Shown here piece after piece: positions 1 through 12,030 of a stretch of DNA of 64,000 nucleotides. Origin of the DNA: Azolla caroliniana (Eukaryota > Plantae > Polypodiophyta). Below the pieces are notes generated by a model, which did no database searches, was not told where the DNA came from, and worked only from the letters and a program-made list of their open reading frames with translations. The DNA lies in the NCBI GenBank assembly GCA_043228905.1, contig JBHGNT010000014.1, positions 16,616,001-16,680,000 on the forward strand, given 5' to 3'. How positions within the stretch are numbered: position 1 is the stretch's first letter; each line of letters opens with the position of its first letter. A program made the translations under genes and the position numbers.

Positions 1-390
1 GTACAAGACTGTGGACCAGAATGTGAGGCCAATCGCGACACCCTTGCCAGAGGGCAGCGAGTTACGGATAAAGGGGGTCGCATCGGACCCAAGTTTACGA
101 GATCCGGCCAGCATAGGACACACGTTCACCGACATAACACTACGGGAGCTCAAGATCGATGGGGGGAGTTTTCTACTGCCGGCGGAAGAGGACCGGTTTT
201 GGAGAATGCTCGGGAGGCACGAGAAGGCTTTTGCATTCTCACTGGAGGAGATCAGGTGCGTAGACCCGAAGGTTGTGGAACCGATGGTGATCTTCACGGA
301 CCGCATGTGCCGTGGAATCTCAAGCCGATTCCGGTACCCAGAGCTCACATCCCGAAGCTGATGGAGCTGTTGAAATAGAAGGTGGAGATG
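1..390 (+). pseudogene. Gypsy pol fragment (element 0, same lineage as A/B), cut by the Copia insertion
   Basis: Encodes (Y)KTVDQNVRPIATPLPEGS...PWNLKPIPVPRAHIPKLMELL, collinear with B pol (7795-8185) and A pol; small frameshift near 300 and a TAG; stops abruptly at the Copia LTR start. Confidence 0.9.
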
Positions 391-1088
391 TGTTAGGAAA
401 CAGGTCCCTCCGGATGGGAAGTGAGAAGAACAGTGTTGATGAGCAACTCGGCCGAGGCCGAATCCGGATGTGGAGTACCCGACAACGGAAGACCCAGTGA
501 GAACCGGATGAGGAGTACCCGGCAACGGAAGACCAAGTGAGAACCGGATGACGAGTACCCGGCAAGGAAGACCCGGTGAGAACCAAATGTTACAGGCCCG
601 GTGAGAACCTCTCATCGGATGGAAGGGACATATATGTAAATATGTTCCAGAGAGCCCACCGGGGCTATATTTGTAAATAGCCCGAAAGTCATATTAGTAT
701 AAATATGACCTAGGGCAAACTTAATAGATAGATGTGTAGAATTGGTTGTGTTATTATGTGGCGATAATTCGGAGCGCAAGTGTGTACAGAGAAGACAGAG
801 AGAGAGGAGAAGAGGTTGTTGCCTATGTTGTAACCGCCTGGTGGCGAACCGAGGGAGCAAGAGGTTGTTGCCTTTGTGCCCCATTGTTGTAATCTTGATA
901 TAGTGATATTTTGCAGTGTGAGGGCTGTCGTGGTTTTTCCTTGGTTTGGGTTTTCCATGTTAACATCCAGTACACTCTCTTCTTTACTGTTTCGTGTGTA
1001 GATACATCTCACCACATCCCTATTTTCTATGATTGATCTGACGTCTCGGTTGTGGCCAAGCATAGCTTAGGGAACCGTATTCCTATCA
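391..1088 (+). repeat. Copia 5' LTR
   Basis: Starts TGTTAGG, ends CCTATCA 3 nt before the PBS; its start is homologous to the solo LTR at 37341-38038. Confidence 0.9.
466..584 (+). repeat. About 40-bp tandem repeat x3 in Copia U3
   Basis: Units like GGATGAGGAGTACCCGGCAACGGAAGACCAAGTGAGAACC. Confidence 0.85.
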
Positions 1089-1091
1089 AAC

Positions 1092-1103
1092 TGGTATCAG
1101 AGC
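1092..1103 (+). other. PBS, tRNA-iMet
   Basis: TGGTATCAGAGC, the canonical plant initiator-Met PBS. Confidence 0.95.
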
Positions 1104-1119
1104 AAAACGACACACTAAA

Positions 1120-4100
1120 ATGGACGATTCGTTGGGATGCATATTCAAGCTCACCGGCTCCAATTACTGAGTGTGGAAGTCGAAGATGAGGGACATGCTC
1201 GTGGTTAAAGATCTTTGGTTGCTGGTTCAGTTCGGGGACAAGAGACCGGACAAAATCGATGCCACGATATGGGAGGTGATGCACATGAAGACAACGGCGT
1301 ACATATGGTGCTTCATCGACATGAGTCTATACAACAACTTCAATGAAGAGAGCAAGGCTCATGAGCTCTGGGAGAAGATCGACATTATGTTTCAAAACAA
1401 AAATGTTGTTAATCAGGTTTCGGTATTTCAGAAGCTAGTAAGACTCCGGTACCAAGATGGCTCTAGCATGGCAGAGCACATGAATGCCTTCTAGGGGCTG
1501 ATACACCAGGAAACATCATTAGAAGTACCTCTCGCCGATGAGGTACTAGCACTACTCCTGCTTGGTTCCCTCCCAGATAGCTGGGAGACGTTGGTTGTCA
1601 CTTTGGGCAACGCCGGGCCGGAAGGGAAACGGTTATCCCTAGCAAGAGTGAAGTCGAGCTTGCTAGATGAGGAGATGCTCCTTAAGGATATGAGCTCCGA
1701 CTCCAAAGCGCTCCTTAGCGAATCGGAACACGGAAGACAAAGGAACCGTAGTCCCCATAACCGGGAAAAGTCGGGGACACGGTCAAAGTCAAGGGGGAGG
1801 CCTACTTGCTTTTATTGCGGCAAGCCGGGACACTTTCAGAAGAACCGTCGGCACTTCCGAAAAGATAAGGAAACCGACGGTACCGATTCGAAGCGGACAT
1901 CGGACCGGAACGGTAAAGACCGAAGGGGGCCGGACCGGAAGGGAACGACGGCAATCACGGCAAGTGAAGAAGAGTTGATGCTCATCACTGAGGAGAGTGA
2001 GTTGTACCTTGTTGGCGATGAGACAACGTGGGTTGTCGATTCCGGAGCATCGTTCCACCTTACCCCAGACCGGAAATGCTTCTCATCCTACATAGCCGAT
2101 GATCACGGTTGACAACACCAACCGGATGGGGAATGAAGGTACATGCCGAATTGTCGACATAGGAGACGTGTGGTTGACAACACCAACCGGATGCAAGCTG
2201 TTGCTGAAGGATGTCCGACACGTTCCAGAAGTTCGACTGAACCTGATATCATCCGGTTGACTAGATGATGAAGGCTACATGGGTAGCATCTGGAACGGAG
2301 TCATGAAATTTAACAAAGGGAGCCTAATAGTGGCTTGGGCCCGGAAGGTCAACACCCTGTACCTGATGAATGCCTGGTTATGCCCGGAAGAAGTGAATGT
2401 GGCATCCGACACTACCGGTGAACTGTGGCACAAGAGACTGTGTCACATGAGCATGAAGGGGATGAAGAGGCTTGCCGATGACGACCTCATTCCGGTGAAG
2501 GACGTGCATCTTGAGAGGTGCACCGACTGCTTAGTTGGTAAGCGAAACCGGACCTCCTTTCGATCAAGTCCACCGATGAGACGTAATGCACCACTGGAGT
2601 TGGTGCATCCCATGCCGGAGCGCAGTACTTCGTGACGTTCATAGATTACCACAGCTGGAAGCTGTGGGCCCTACCGTTGAAGACGAAGGATCAGGTGTTA
2701 TCCGTCTTCAAAGAGCTCCACACGAGAGTGGAAAGAGAAACCGGCCGGAAGCTGAAGGCGGTTTGAGCAGATAACGGAGGAGAATACCGGGGGTAGTTCG
2801 AGGAATACTGTCGCTCAATGGGAATCCGGCTCGAATTTACCGTGCCGAAGACGCCGGAACTAAACGGGCTGGCCGAGAGGATGAACCAGACCATAATGGA
2901 GAGGGTCCGGAGTATGTTGGCGCATGCAAAATTACCCAAGACGTTTTGGGTTGAGGCACTGTCGACGGCGACATATGTGATTAACAGATCACCCTCAGTA
3001 CCCTTGGATGGGGACATGCCGCAGAGAGTCTGGACCGGTAAGGAAGTGTCCTACCGGCATCTGAAGGTATTCGGGTGTCTTGCATACGTGCATGTAGCCA
3101 AGGATTGGAGAGGAAAGTTAGATCCGAAGACCCGGCCATGCATATTCCTCGGTTACAGCGACAATGAGTTCGGCTACCGAGTGTGGGACCTGGCCGACAA
3201 GAACGTTTTCCGGAGTTGAGATATTATCTTCATGGAGGACAAGACGCTCGCCGACTGGGAGTTGGAGAAGAAGATAATGAACTCCAAGTCGACTGGTAAG
3301 GATCAATTCTACGATGAGCAGACCCAACCGGCAAGAGACCGGTTAGCACTCGATGAACCGGTCGGTGACAGTAAGGAGACAAGACAGGCCGAAGAAGAAG
3401 GAATAGGTGAAACCAGAACCGGCCATGACCCCAAATCGGATTAGGATGAAGAACAAATAGAGGAGCCGGTTGCCGAAATGCAAAGACGGAGATATCCTCT
3501 CAGAGAGAAAAGGCCCCCTAGAGATTTCCAGATGCAGAGCATGTGCTGCTGACCGATGAGGGGGAGCCGGAAAGCTTCGAAGAAGCGAAGGATGACACCA
3601 ACAGCTGCAAGTGGTTGAGTGCCATGCAGGACGAGATGGATTCCTTGCATGAGAACCACACATATGAATTGGTGGAGTTGCCGAAAGGAAAGAGGGCACT
3701 CCGAAACAAGTGGGTGTACAAGTTGAAACCAGGAGATGCCGGCAACCCCCCGAGATACAAAGCCAGGATCGTGGTGAAGGGGTTCTAGCAGAAGAAGGGC
3801 GTGGACTTCGACGAGATATTTGCCCCAGTAGTAAAGATGACTTCCATCCGGACGGTGCTGAGTATAGCGGCAAGCATGAACCTCGAGGTAGAGCAGCTGG
3901 ACGTGAAGACGACATTCCTTCACGGTGACCTCGAAGAGGAGATCTACATGCAGTAACCAGAAGGATTCGTGGAGAAAGGGAAGGAGCACCTGGTTTGCCG
4001 ATTGAAGAAGAGCCTGTATGGATTGAAGCAGGCTCCCCGACAATGGTACAGGAAGTTTGACTCCTTCATGACCAACCAAGGGTATCACAAAACGCAAACC

Positions 4101-4333
4101 GATCACTGCGTGTTTGTGAGGAAGTTCGAAGGAGGCGACTTCCTGATACTCCTTCTGTACGTAGACGACATGTTGATCGTCGGACGAGACCAAGCTAAAA
4201 TACGGATGTTGAAGAAGGCTCTCAACCAAACCTTCTCAATGAAAGACTTGGGCCCGACAAGATAGATATTGGGGATGCACATCATCCGGGACCGGTCAAA
4301 GAAGCAATTGAGGTTGTCACAGGAGAAATACGT
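1120..4333 (+). pseudogene. Copia gag-pol, many premature stops and frameshifts
   Basis: Zn knuckle CFYCGKPGHFQKN, PR WVVDSGASFH, INT LWHKRLCHMS and NGLAERMN, GKLDPK, RT LKKSLYGLKQAPRQW and LLLYVDDMLI. Confidence 0.95.
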
Positions 4334-4591
4334 TGTTGTGAAGAAAACCGGCCATAGGCGAGATCGAAGAAAAAGGCGCATGAACCGGCTCTTACACGGG
4401 TGGATGCGAGGATTGATATATTCTACATTAGGGTGACTGGTGTAAATACTAGGTAGTGCACATTTATTAAGGGATTTTGTGCGTATCTCTGTCGACAGGG
4501 ACAGGGAATAAAGCAATTTGGCTGAAGAAAAGGGGCACCCCTTTGGGGGAACTATTTAAGGAGGGAGAGAAGGAAGGAACACAGATCGCGC

Positions 4592-5227
4592 TGTCGTGAA
4601 GAAAACCTTCCACAAGCGGAATCGGTGCACAGGAGGGTAGGAACCGGCTCTTCATGCACGTACGCCTTATGTTGTACATAAGAGAGAATTAGGTACATAG
4701 GAGATCCTAGGTAGGTAGATTCGGTAGGTAGGAAGGTAATGGGAAACGGCTCCTTCCTTGCCTATAAAAGGAGGGAGACGAGGAAGGCGGTGAGGGGGGG
4801 GTGAAGTGCTGTCGGGTTGTCGGGCGAAGGCTTCTCTCTCTTCCAAACTCCGTAGCTTCTTTCTGTGCAGGTTTTCGGGAGGCTCGCGCTACTCTGAGGA
4901 ATGCCCGAGTGCTTCCGACAGCACCTCCAACCTACTCCTTTCTTTCTGAGCGTTTACGAACAGGCATCAGCATCTATTCGTCGGCCTATTAGGTTGTAAC
5001 CGACTTCGTGCTTCTTGTTGTTTGTCCTTGTTAATATATATATATACATACATTCGTGTCTCTCTGCGTCGGTGTCCCACTCGCGTCTTTGTGTCGAAGG
5101 GCCGTGCCCCTGTGAATCTACGCCCACACGTAGTGGGTCCCTTCCCTTCTCCTTTGTCTCTTGCTCTTCGGTACAAGACCCCCGAGGCCCCGCCTCATTC
5201 CACGCATCCGCGAGGAATACCTCGACA
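4592..5227 (+). repeat. B 5' LTR
   Basis: Direct repeat of 10965-11599 with scattered mismatches; TATAAAAG near 4763. Confidence 0.95.
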
Positions 5228-5230
5228 TCT

Positions 5231-5248
5231 TGGTGAACCCGACGTGAA
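5231..5248 (+). other. PBS, tRNA-Trp
   Basis: TGGTGAACCCGACGTGAA, complement of the plant tRNA-Trp 3' end (..TTCACGTCGGGTTCACCA); the same PBS occurs in A, C, G and H. Confidence 0.9.
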
Positions 5249-5270
5249 AGAGGCGGCAGAAGAGCAGAAG

Positions 5271-7397
5271 ATGAAGGGGTCGGATCTTGCGGAGGCCATG
5301 GCTTCGGCTGTGGATCGGGTATTGAGCGCACGCGAGGGCACCAACGCCCTCGACAGAGCCATTGAGGTGGTCGTCGGTACGATCGGCCGGTTCAGCGGGA
5401 AGGATGCCACGAAGTATTTGGCGTCCTACGGGGTAGAAATGCTGATCCGGAACATTCCGGAAGAGAGGCGTCTTGCCGGATTCCCTCGAGTGGCGATGCC
5501 GAGCATCCATGCGGAGGTGCTCGAGGTACGGGCAGAGAGCCGTACCTGGGAGGAGTTCGAAGGCCGACTCCTAGAAAAATACGGGCTGGACGACGCGCTC
5601 CGGCTTTTGAAACGGGACTTCATGGAATGGGTGGAGTCCCCCGGCAAGGGAAGAAATGCGTCGGCACTCCTCCGGGAGTTTGAGGAACGCTTTGCGCACC
5701 TTTCGGCGCTTGACCGAACCGTTCTGGATACGAGCCGGGTCCTACTGTTCGTCAAGTCGGTGGATGAGCGGGACCGGGATCAAGTCGGCTCCTTGCTAGA
5801 AACCGAAGACGGGCTGACGACCGACTGGACTGCGGTTAAGAGAGTCTGTGGCCGTTTCGACAAACGGCGAGAATGGGCTGACAACGGGGCGGCCGGTGTG
5901 GGCTCTGTCACAGCAAGGAGGCTTGAACCGGCACCGCAAGGGTGAAGGGCAGAGACCCGGGAGTGGCTCGAAACCAGGTCGGCTCCGACCGGCATGGTCA
6001 ATGACTCGTCCGGAGGAGCAGCGCTGGAGGAGTTGACGCAGGCGATAAAGGATCTCCAGATCGCCCAGACTCGAAGGGAAGGCGGCGAACCGGCTCGTGA
6101 CCGACGGCCGGTAGCAGGGAACAGGTGCATGTGGTGCAACGAGGTCGGCCACATTCGGAAGGACTGCGGCGATTTCGCAGAGGCGTTGAGGAACCGGGTG
6201 GTGTACCTATGGGAAGGCCGGGTGCACGCCGGCGATACCAGAAGGGCCCTAAACCGGAACGACGGGCGAGGAGGTATGAAGAGACTGATGGAAGAGGCAG
6301 CGGCCTGACACGTGGAGGCCATCCACTACTTGGCGTCGGCCGGTATTTGGGTCGGGGGCAGCGAGGCCCGAAAGGAGAGCAAAGACGGATTCTGGTCGGC
6401 AATGCTGGAAGGCCTCGCCGGCGAACGGCTGAGGAAAGATGAAGCGGACCACGCTGAGAGACGGGTCCGGGAAATAACCGGGTGGAGCGACCCGGTCGAG
6501 GAGAAGACGGGCTTCGTAGAAGCCGCCTGCCGGAACTACGAGGCTCTGGTAGAAGACAAACGAGTGGGGAAAGCCGGAGCGGCCGAGCCCTCACAACGAT
6601 ACGAGACCCGATTCGGGCAACGACGGAACGATGCCGGTGGGTCCAGCGCACAAGATAACCCCAGGAAGGGCGGATACTAACTGGGGATGGAAATAGAAAG
6701 GACCACGGACCTACGAAAGGTCCTAGAAGAACGGATCCTCAACAGCAAAGTGGAGCTGTCATTGCGGGAGGTGCTAGGGATCGCTAAGAAGGAGTTCCAC
6801 GACTCCATTGTGGACTTGGTGAAGCGGAAGAGGCTGTCGACGGAGACGGAACCGGAAAGACCGGTGGAGGTGCGGACGACGCACATCGACGACTTGGCGC
6901 TGGAAGATGAGTGGGCGGAGAGCCACTATTCGAGGCCACACTGGGCCCGAGCTACCACGAAGACCTCGGTAAAGATCGGAGATGTTCAGGAACCAGTGGT
7001 GGCATTGGTGGACCACGGTTCGGAAATAAACCTGATGTCCATGGACTTCTATAAGAAGGGAAAGTGGCCGATCAACACCAAGCACGGGTGGAAGATACGG
7101 GCGGCGACGCGCGCCACCGAGGAACTGCACGGGGCCTGCCCGAACGTGCGAGTCAAGATCGGCGACGTCGAGGTTGACCAGCACTTCTTCGTACAGGAGA
7201 CGTCCTCGCACCCGGTCATATTAGGGGAACCATACATCACGGCGGCGCAGATGGAGACCAAGGTGCTAGACAACGGTTCGGCCTACGCGAGGGTCAAAAG
7301 CCAGGACGGGCGCCATTCGGTTCAATTTCTGACGGTGCGACCGAACCACGAGCGAAACCGCGAATCCCTCGGTGGCGAGAACTGGGAGGATTTTTAG
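5271..7397 (+). pseudogene. gag: B gag-protease (one frame, internal stops at 5943, 6306, 6678)
   Basis: Capsid-like N-terminus, Zn knuckle CMWCNEVGHIRKDC, protease VALVDHGSEINLMS...VILGEPY. Confidence 0.9.
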
Positions 7398-10300
7398 AGA
7401 GGGCTCCCAAGGCGTGGGGCCAAGACAGTCCGGACACTCGGGAAAGACCCCACAGCTGTACGATAGAACCGAAACCAAAGAAACCTTGTACGATAGGTAG
7501 AAAATTTTGCTTCTCGAACAACGGAGGGTGTATGATAGTCAGCATCGTTGGCCGAGAAAAGGCAAGGGCGGAGGAGCGACTTCGAGCGTGCGGAGTTCTC
7601 GGCCCGGACGAGGAAATCAGCGGAGCCGTGGAGGCGGTCTCCTTCGACGACACCTTGGGGATGCTGAGGAAGGTAGCTGGAGAAGACCTTAACGAAGACC
7701 GGAAGATACCGGTATGTTCCGAAGAGATGTACGAAGTCATCGCGAACTTCATTAAGGGGCTCGGGTCGGATCGGACGGCCCGAGTTAGCACGAAGTACAA
7801 AACTGTGGACCGGAAGGTAAGGCCAGTCGCGGCACCCTTACCGGAGGGTAGCGAGTCCCGAATCAGAGGGGTTGCGTCGGACCCCAGTTTACGAGATCCG
7901 GTCTGCATAGGACACACCTTCCTCGACGGGACGCTCCGGGAGCTCAAAATCGGTGGGGGCGGGTTCCTACTGCCGGCGGAGGAAGACCGGTTTCGGAGAA
8001 TGCTCGGAAGACATGGGAAAGCCTTCGCATTCTCACTGGAAGAGATCGGGTGCGTAGACCCGACAATCGTGGAGTCGATGGTGATATTCACGGTACCGCA
8101 TGTGCCGTGGAATCTCAAGCCGATTCCAGTACCAAGAGCTCACATCCCGAAGTTGATGGAGCTATTGAGGCAGAAAGTCGATATGGGCATTCTCGAACCG
8201 TCGAGTGCCCCATACTCGAACCGATGGTTTACCGTACCAAAGAAAAACGGAACATTGCGCTTCATTCAAGACCTGCAGCCGGTCAATAGAGTGACCATTC
8301 GGAACGCAGGAATCGGACCGACCATAGACGAGTTCGCGGAGGCCTTCGCCGGAAGGTCGATTTACTCGGTCGGTGATCTGTACTCGGGGTACGACCAGTT
8401 CCAGCTAGCCGTGGAGAGCAGAGACATTACGACGATGCGAACTCCCCTCAGCCTAGTGCGAATGTGTACCCTGCCACAAGGAGGGACCAACTCGGTGGCC
8501 CACATGGTGAATGCAATGAACAAGGTACTGAGGGATTGCATCCCGGACATCACCATGCCATTTCTAGACGACATCCCGATCAAAGGGTGCCTGGTGGAAG
8601 AGAAGGACGAGACACTTGGGCCGGACGGGTGCCGGCGATTCGTGGCAACACACATCAACGACTGCGAGATGGTGCTACAAAGGTTAGAGGATGCGAGGCT
8701 CACCTTCTCCGGGGAGAAATCGGCCGTCGGGCAATCAGAAATCCTGGTGGTCGGACACCTATGTGGACCATATGGCCGAAAGCCGTCTCCGACAAAGGTA
8801 GAAGCCATCTCCGCGATGAAGACCGACTGTAGCTTGGTTACGGAGGTTCGGAGGTTCCTGGGGGCATGCGCATTCTACCACATATGGATCCCGCATTACG
8901 CCCACGTTGCGGAGCCGCTATACGAGTTGCTGAAGAAGGGGCGAAAATTCAAGTGGCGAGAAGAGCACACAGAGTCGGTCCGGAAGCTGAAGGGAGCTCT
9001 TACGGCAGCACCGGCGCTCCGGAAGGCTGTCTACGGGAAGGGTACCCCGGTATACATAACGGTGGATACGAGTCCGACCGAGATTGGATGGGTCGTCAAC
9101 CAAGAAGACAAGGACGGCATTCGGTTCCCGATCAGATTCGGCGTGAAGGTCCTCAGTGAGCGACAACGAGGGTACGCCCAGGTTAAACGCGAACTCTGGG
9201 GTATCATTTCGGCAGTAAAGGCCGACAAAGACTACCTGATCGGGACAGAAGTGATTATCGAGACGGATTGCCTCCCAATTCTCGGCATGGTTTCTGGATG
9301 CGCGACACCGGACCTGGCGATGCTCAGGTGGATAGCGTACATCAAGTCCCTGGACCCGGAAATATGACACATTTCCGGAAAGGACAACGCCATGGCTGAC
9401 ATGCTTTCGAGGGCGAGGTTTGATGACGAGGGCGGCATGATTTCGGAGGACGAAGAAGTCAGCATGGACTTCTTCGAGGCGGCGTACGTGACGACTGGTG
9501 GGACGAGCACTCGGGCACTTAACGGCTTCGACGAGAGCAAGTACGACGGCGAGTGGCTACGGATCGGTGGTTTCTTGAGGACAATGACGCCGGATGCGTC
9601 ATGGACGAAGGACGAGACCTACCGGATCCGGAAGAAAGCATACTGATTCTTTCTCCGGGATGGATACTTATGGAAGCACCCGAAGAAGAGGAACGGAGTC
9701 CCGCTCCGGGTGGTGGCGATGAAGGAAGAACAGGAGGAGCTGCTGACGGCCTACCACGACAGCCCTTGGGCTGGACACCGTGGAACGTGGGCCACGTTCA
9801 AGAAGATAAAGGGGAAGTACTGGTGGCCGGGACTGTACTGGGACGTGCATCGGTTCGTGACAACTTACGAGAGCTGTCAGATGCACGCCATAGTCCGACA
9901 TCGGGACGAGCTTCACCCTACGTACCCTCCGACCATCCACTTCAAATGGATGGTAGATCTGGTGACGATGCCGATGGGAGTAGGACAGATGCGGTATCTG
10001 GTCCTGGCTCGGGAGGATCTGACGAACCAGGTGGAAGGCCGAGCCCTTCAGAACAAAACGACCGCGGCCGTATGTCGGTTCCTGATCGAGGACGTGATTT
10101 GCCGGTACGGGTGCGTTGGGAAGATCGTGGCTGATCGCTGGGAGTTGGACGCCGAAGAGGCCAAGGAGCTGTTCGACCGGCTAGGAGTCAAGCTCTCGCT
10201 TACCACTGCGTACAATCCGGAGGCGAATGGGAAGGTGGAGCACGGACACGGACTGATCGTCAAGGCGTTAGTTCGGGCATGCGGAGGGCAAGTCGGGAAC

Positions 10301-10891
10301 TGGCCGCGGCTGCTGCCTTACGCGTTGTGGGCTGACCGAACTACGCACAGTTCGGTAACCGGATTCATGCCGGCAGAGCTCATGTTTGGGCAAAAGCCGA
10401 TCATGCCGATGGAACGTACGATCTCCTCATGGGCAACCGTGGACTGGAGAGACGAGATGAGCCGGGAGGAACTGTTGGCGGCGCGCATACGACAGCTCGA
10501 GCGAAGACCGGAGGACGTGGAGCAGGCTGCGGGAAAGCTTCGGGTGGCAAGGACGAGGAACAAAGCCCGGTTCGACCGGACGCACCGGCTCCGACCAAAG
10601 AAGATCGAGGAAGGCGACTGGGTGCTAGTCTACGACAGCAGCCTCGACAACCAGCACCGAGCGACACGGAAGTTCGCAAGAAGGTGGTTCGGGTCTTACG
10701 TGGTACAAAGCGCGAACTACAACGGGACGTACCATCTGGCGGAACTCGACGGCACGAGAATGGCGATACCGGTAGCTGGGAAGCAGATCAAAGCGTTCAA
10801 GAAGCATCACGACGACGAGCCGGATCCGGTTAACCTGGACCGCGACGACGAACGATCAGAAACCGAGGAAGAACCGAAGGGCGGGGAATGA
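7388..10891 (+). pseudogene. pol: B pol (RT-RNase H-integrase) in the -1 frame; stops at 9365 and 9644
   Basis: DLYSGYDQF, LPQG, PFLDD, TVDTS/ETDC/ADMLSR, H-H-C zinc region, DDE core (MVDLV, VAD, GKVE), RRWFGSY. Confidence 0.93.
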
Positions 10892-10964
10892 AGGCTGGAC
10901 CGGTTTTCTCCGTCCCAACTCAATTTGGCGCATGCTGGTCGATGCGCGGTTAGGTGGGGGCGGA

Positions 10965-11599
10965 TGTCGTGAAGAAAACCGTCCACAAGTGGAATCGGTG
11001 CACCGGAGGGTAGGAACCGGCTCTTCATGCACGTACGCCTTATGTTGTACATAAGAGAGAATTAGGTACATAGGAGATCCTAGGTAGGTAGATTCGGTAG
11101 GTAGGAAGTTAATGGGAAACGGCTCCTTCCTTGCCTATAAAAGGAGGGAGACGAGGAAGGCGGTGAGGGGGGGGGAAGTGTTGTCGAGTTGTCGGGCGAA
11201 GGCTTCTCTCTCTTCCAAACTCCGTAGCTTCTTTCTGTGCAGGTTTTCGGGAGGCTCGCGCTGCTCTGAGGAATGCCCGAGTGCTTCCGGCAACACCTCC
11301 AACCTACTCCTTTCTTTCTGAGCGTTTACGAACAGGCATCGGCATCTGTTCACCGGCTTGTTCGGTTGTAACCGACTTCGTGCTTCTTGTTGTTTGTCCT
11401 TGTTATTATATATATATACATACATTCGTGTCTCGCTGCGTCGGTGTCCCACTCGCGTCTTTGTGTCGAAGGGCCGTGCCCCTGTGAATCTACGCCCACA
11501 CGTAGTGGGTCCCTTCCCTTCTCCTTTGTCTCTTGCTCTTCGGTAAAAGACCCCCGAGGCCCCGCCTCATTCCACGCATCCGCGAGGAATACCTCGACA
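10965..11599 (+). repeat. B 3' LTR
   Basis: Direct repeat of 4592-5227, preceded by the PPT. Confidence 0.95.
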
Positions 11600-11889
11600 A
11601 CGCGCTAGGGAGGACGAAGTGCCGCTGCAGATTTGAGGGCCAAGCTCTCTCTTCTCCTCCTTCGGCCGTCGGTCTTTGTGGGTCGGGAGCTCACTGCCTC
11701 TGCTTCGTGGACAACCCGTGTGCTTCCAGCAGAGTCTCTCCCCCTTTGTTTTGTTTCTGGGAGTCGAGCGAGTGTTGTCTGTGTGTGTGAGTAGAATCCC
11801 CGGGTCGGGTCCATCGCTTGTTATTGTAATCTCTTGTTATTGAAATCAAGTATTACGTTCTATATCTCTCCTTCTCGCTCCGCGTATCT

Positions 11890-11894
<5 letters not shown>

Positions 11895-11956
<62 letters not shown>

Positions 11957-11974
11957 TCTCTCTCTCTCTCTCTC
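11895..11974. repeat. (CT)n microsatellite in A LTR
   Basis: About 40 dinucleotide units with one interruption. Confidence 0.95.
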
Positions 11975-12030
11975 GCTCGCTCCTCGGTTCAAGACCCCCG
12001 TGGTCCCGCCCCTTCTACACGCACGCGCGT

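Larger units (their letters stand above)
391..4333 (+). mobile_element. Ty1/Copia LTR retrotransposon, 5' portion (interrupted in RT by element A; 3' end outside window)
   Basis: TG..CA LTR 391-1088, PBS TGGTATCAGAGC, domain order gag-PR-INT-RT. Confidence 0.95.
4592..11599 (+). mobile_element. Full-length Gypsy element B (tRNA-Trp primed, no chromodomain) inserted in A's 5' LTR
   Basis: LTRs 4592-5227 and 10965-11599 (TGTCGTG..CTCGACA), PBS, gag-PR/RT-RH-INT, PPT AGGTGGGGGCGGA 10952-10964, flanks GCGC/ACGC. Confidence 0.97.

Noticed and set aside
466-584. Short regularly spaced repeats (also 37795-37948 and 31858-32265) as a CRISPR array
   Set aside because: Head-to-tail tandem units with no unique spacers and no cas genes; they lie inside LTR elements.
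4587-11605. 5-bp TSD CGCGC for B with an LTR ending in CAA
   Set aside because: B's 5' LTR ends GACA-TCT and sister insertions show 4-bp TSDs; a 4-bp TSD with one mismatch is simpler, though not proven.
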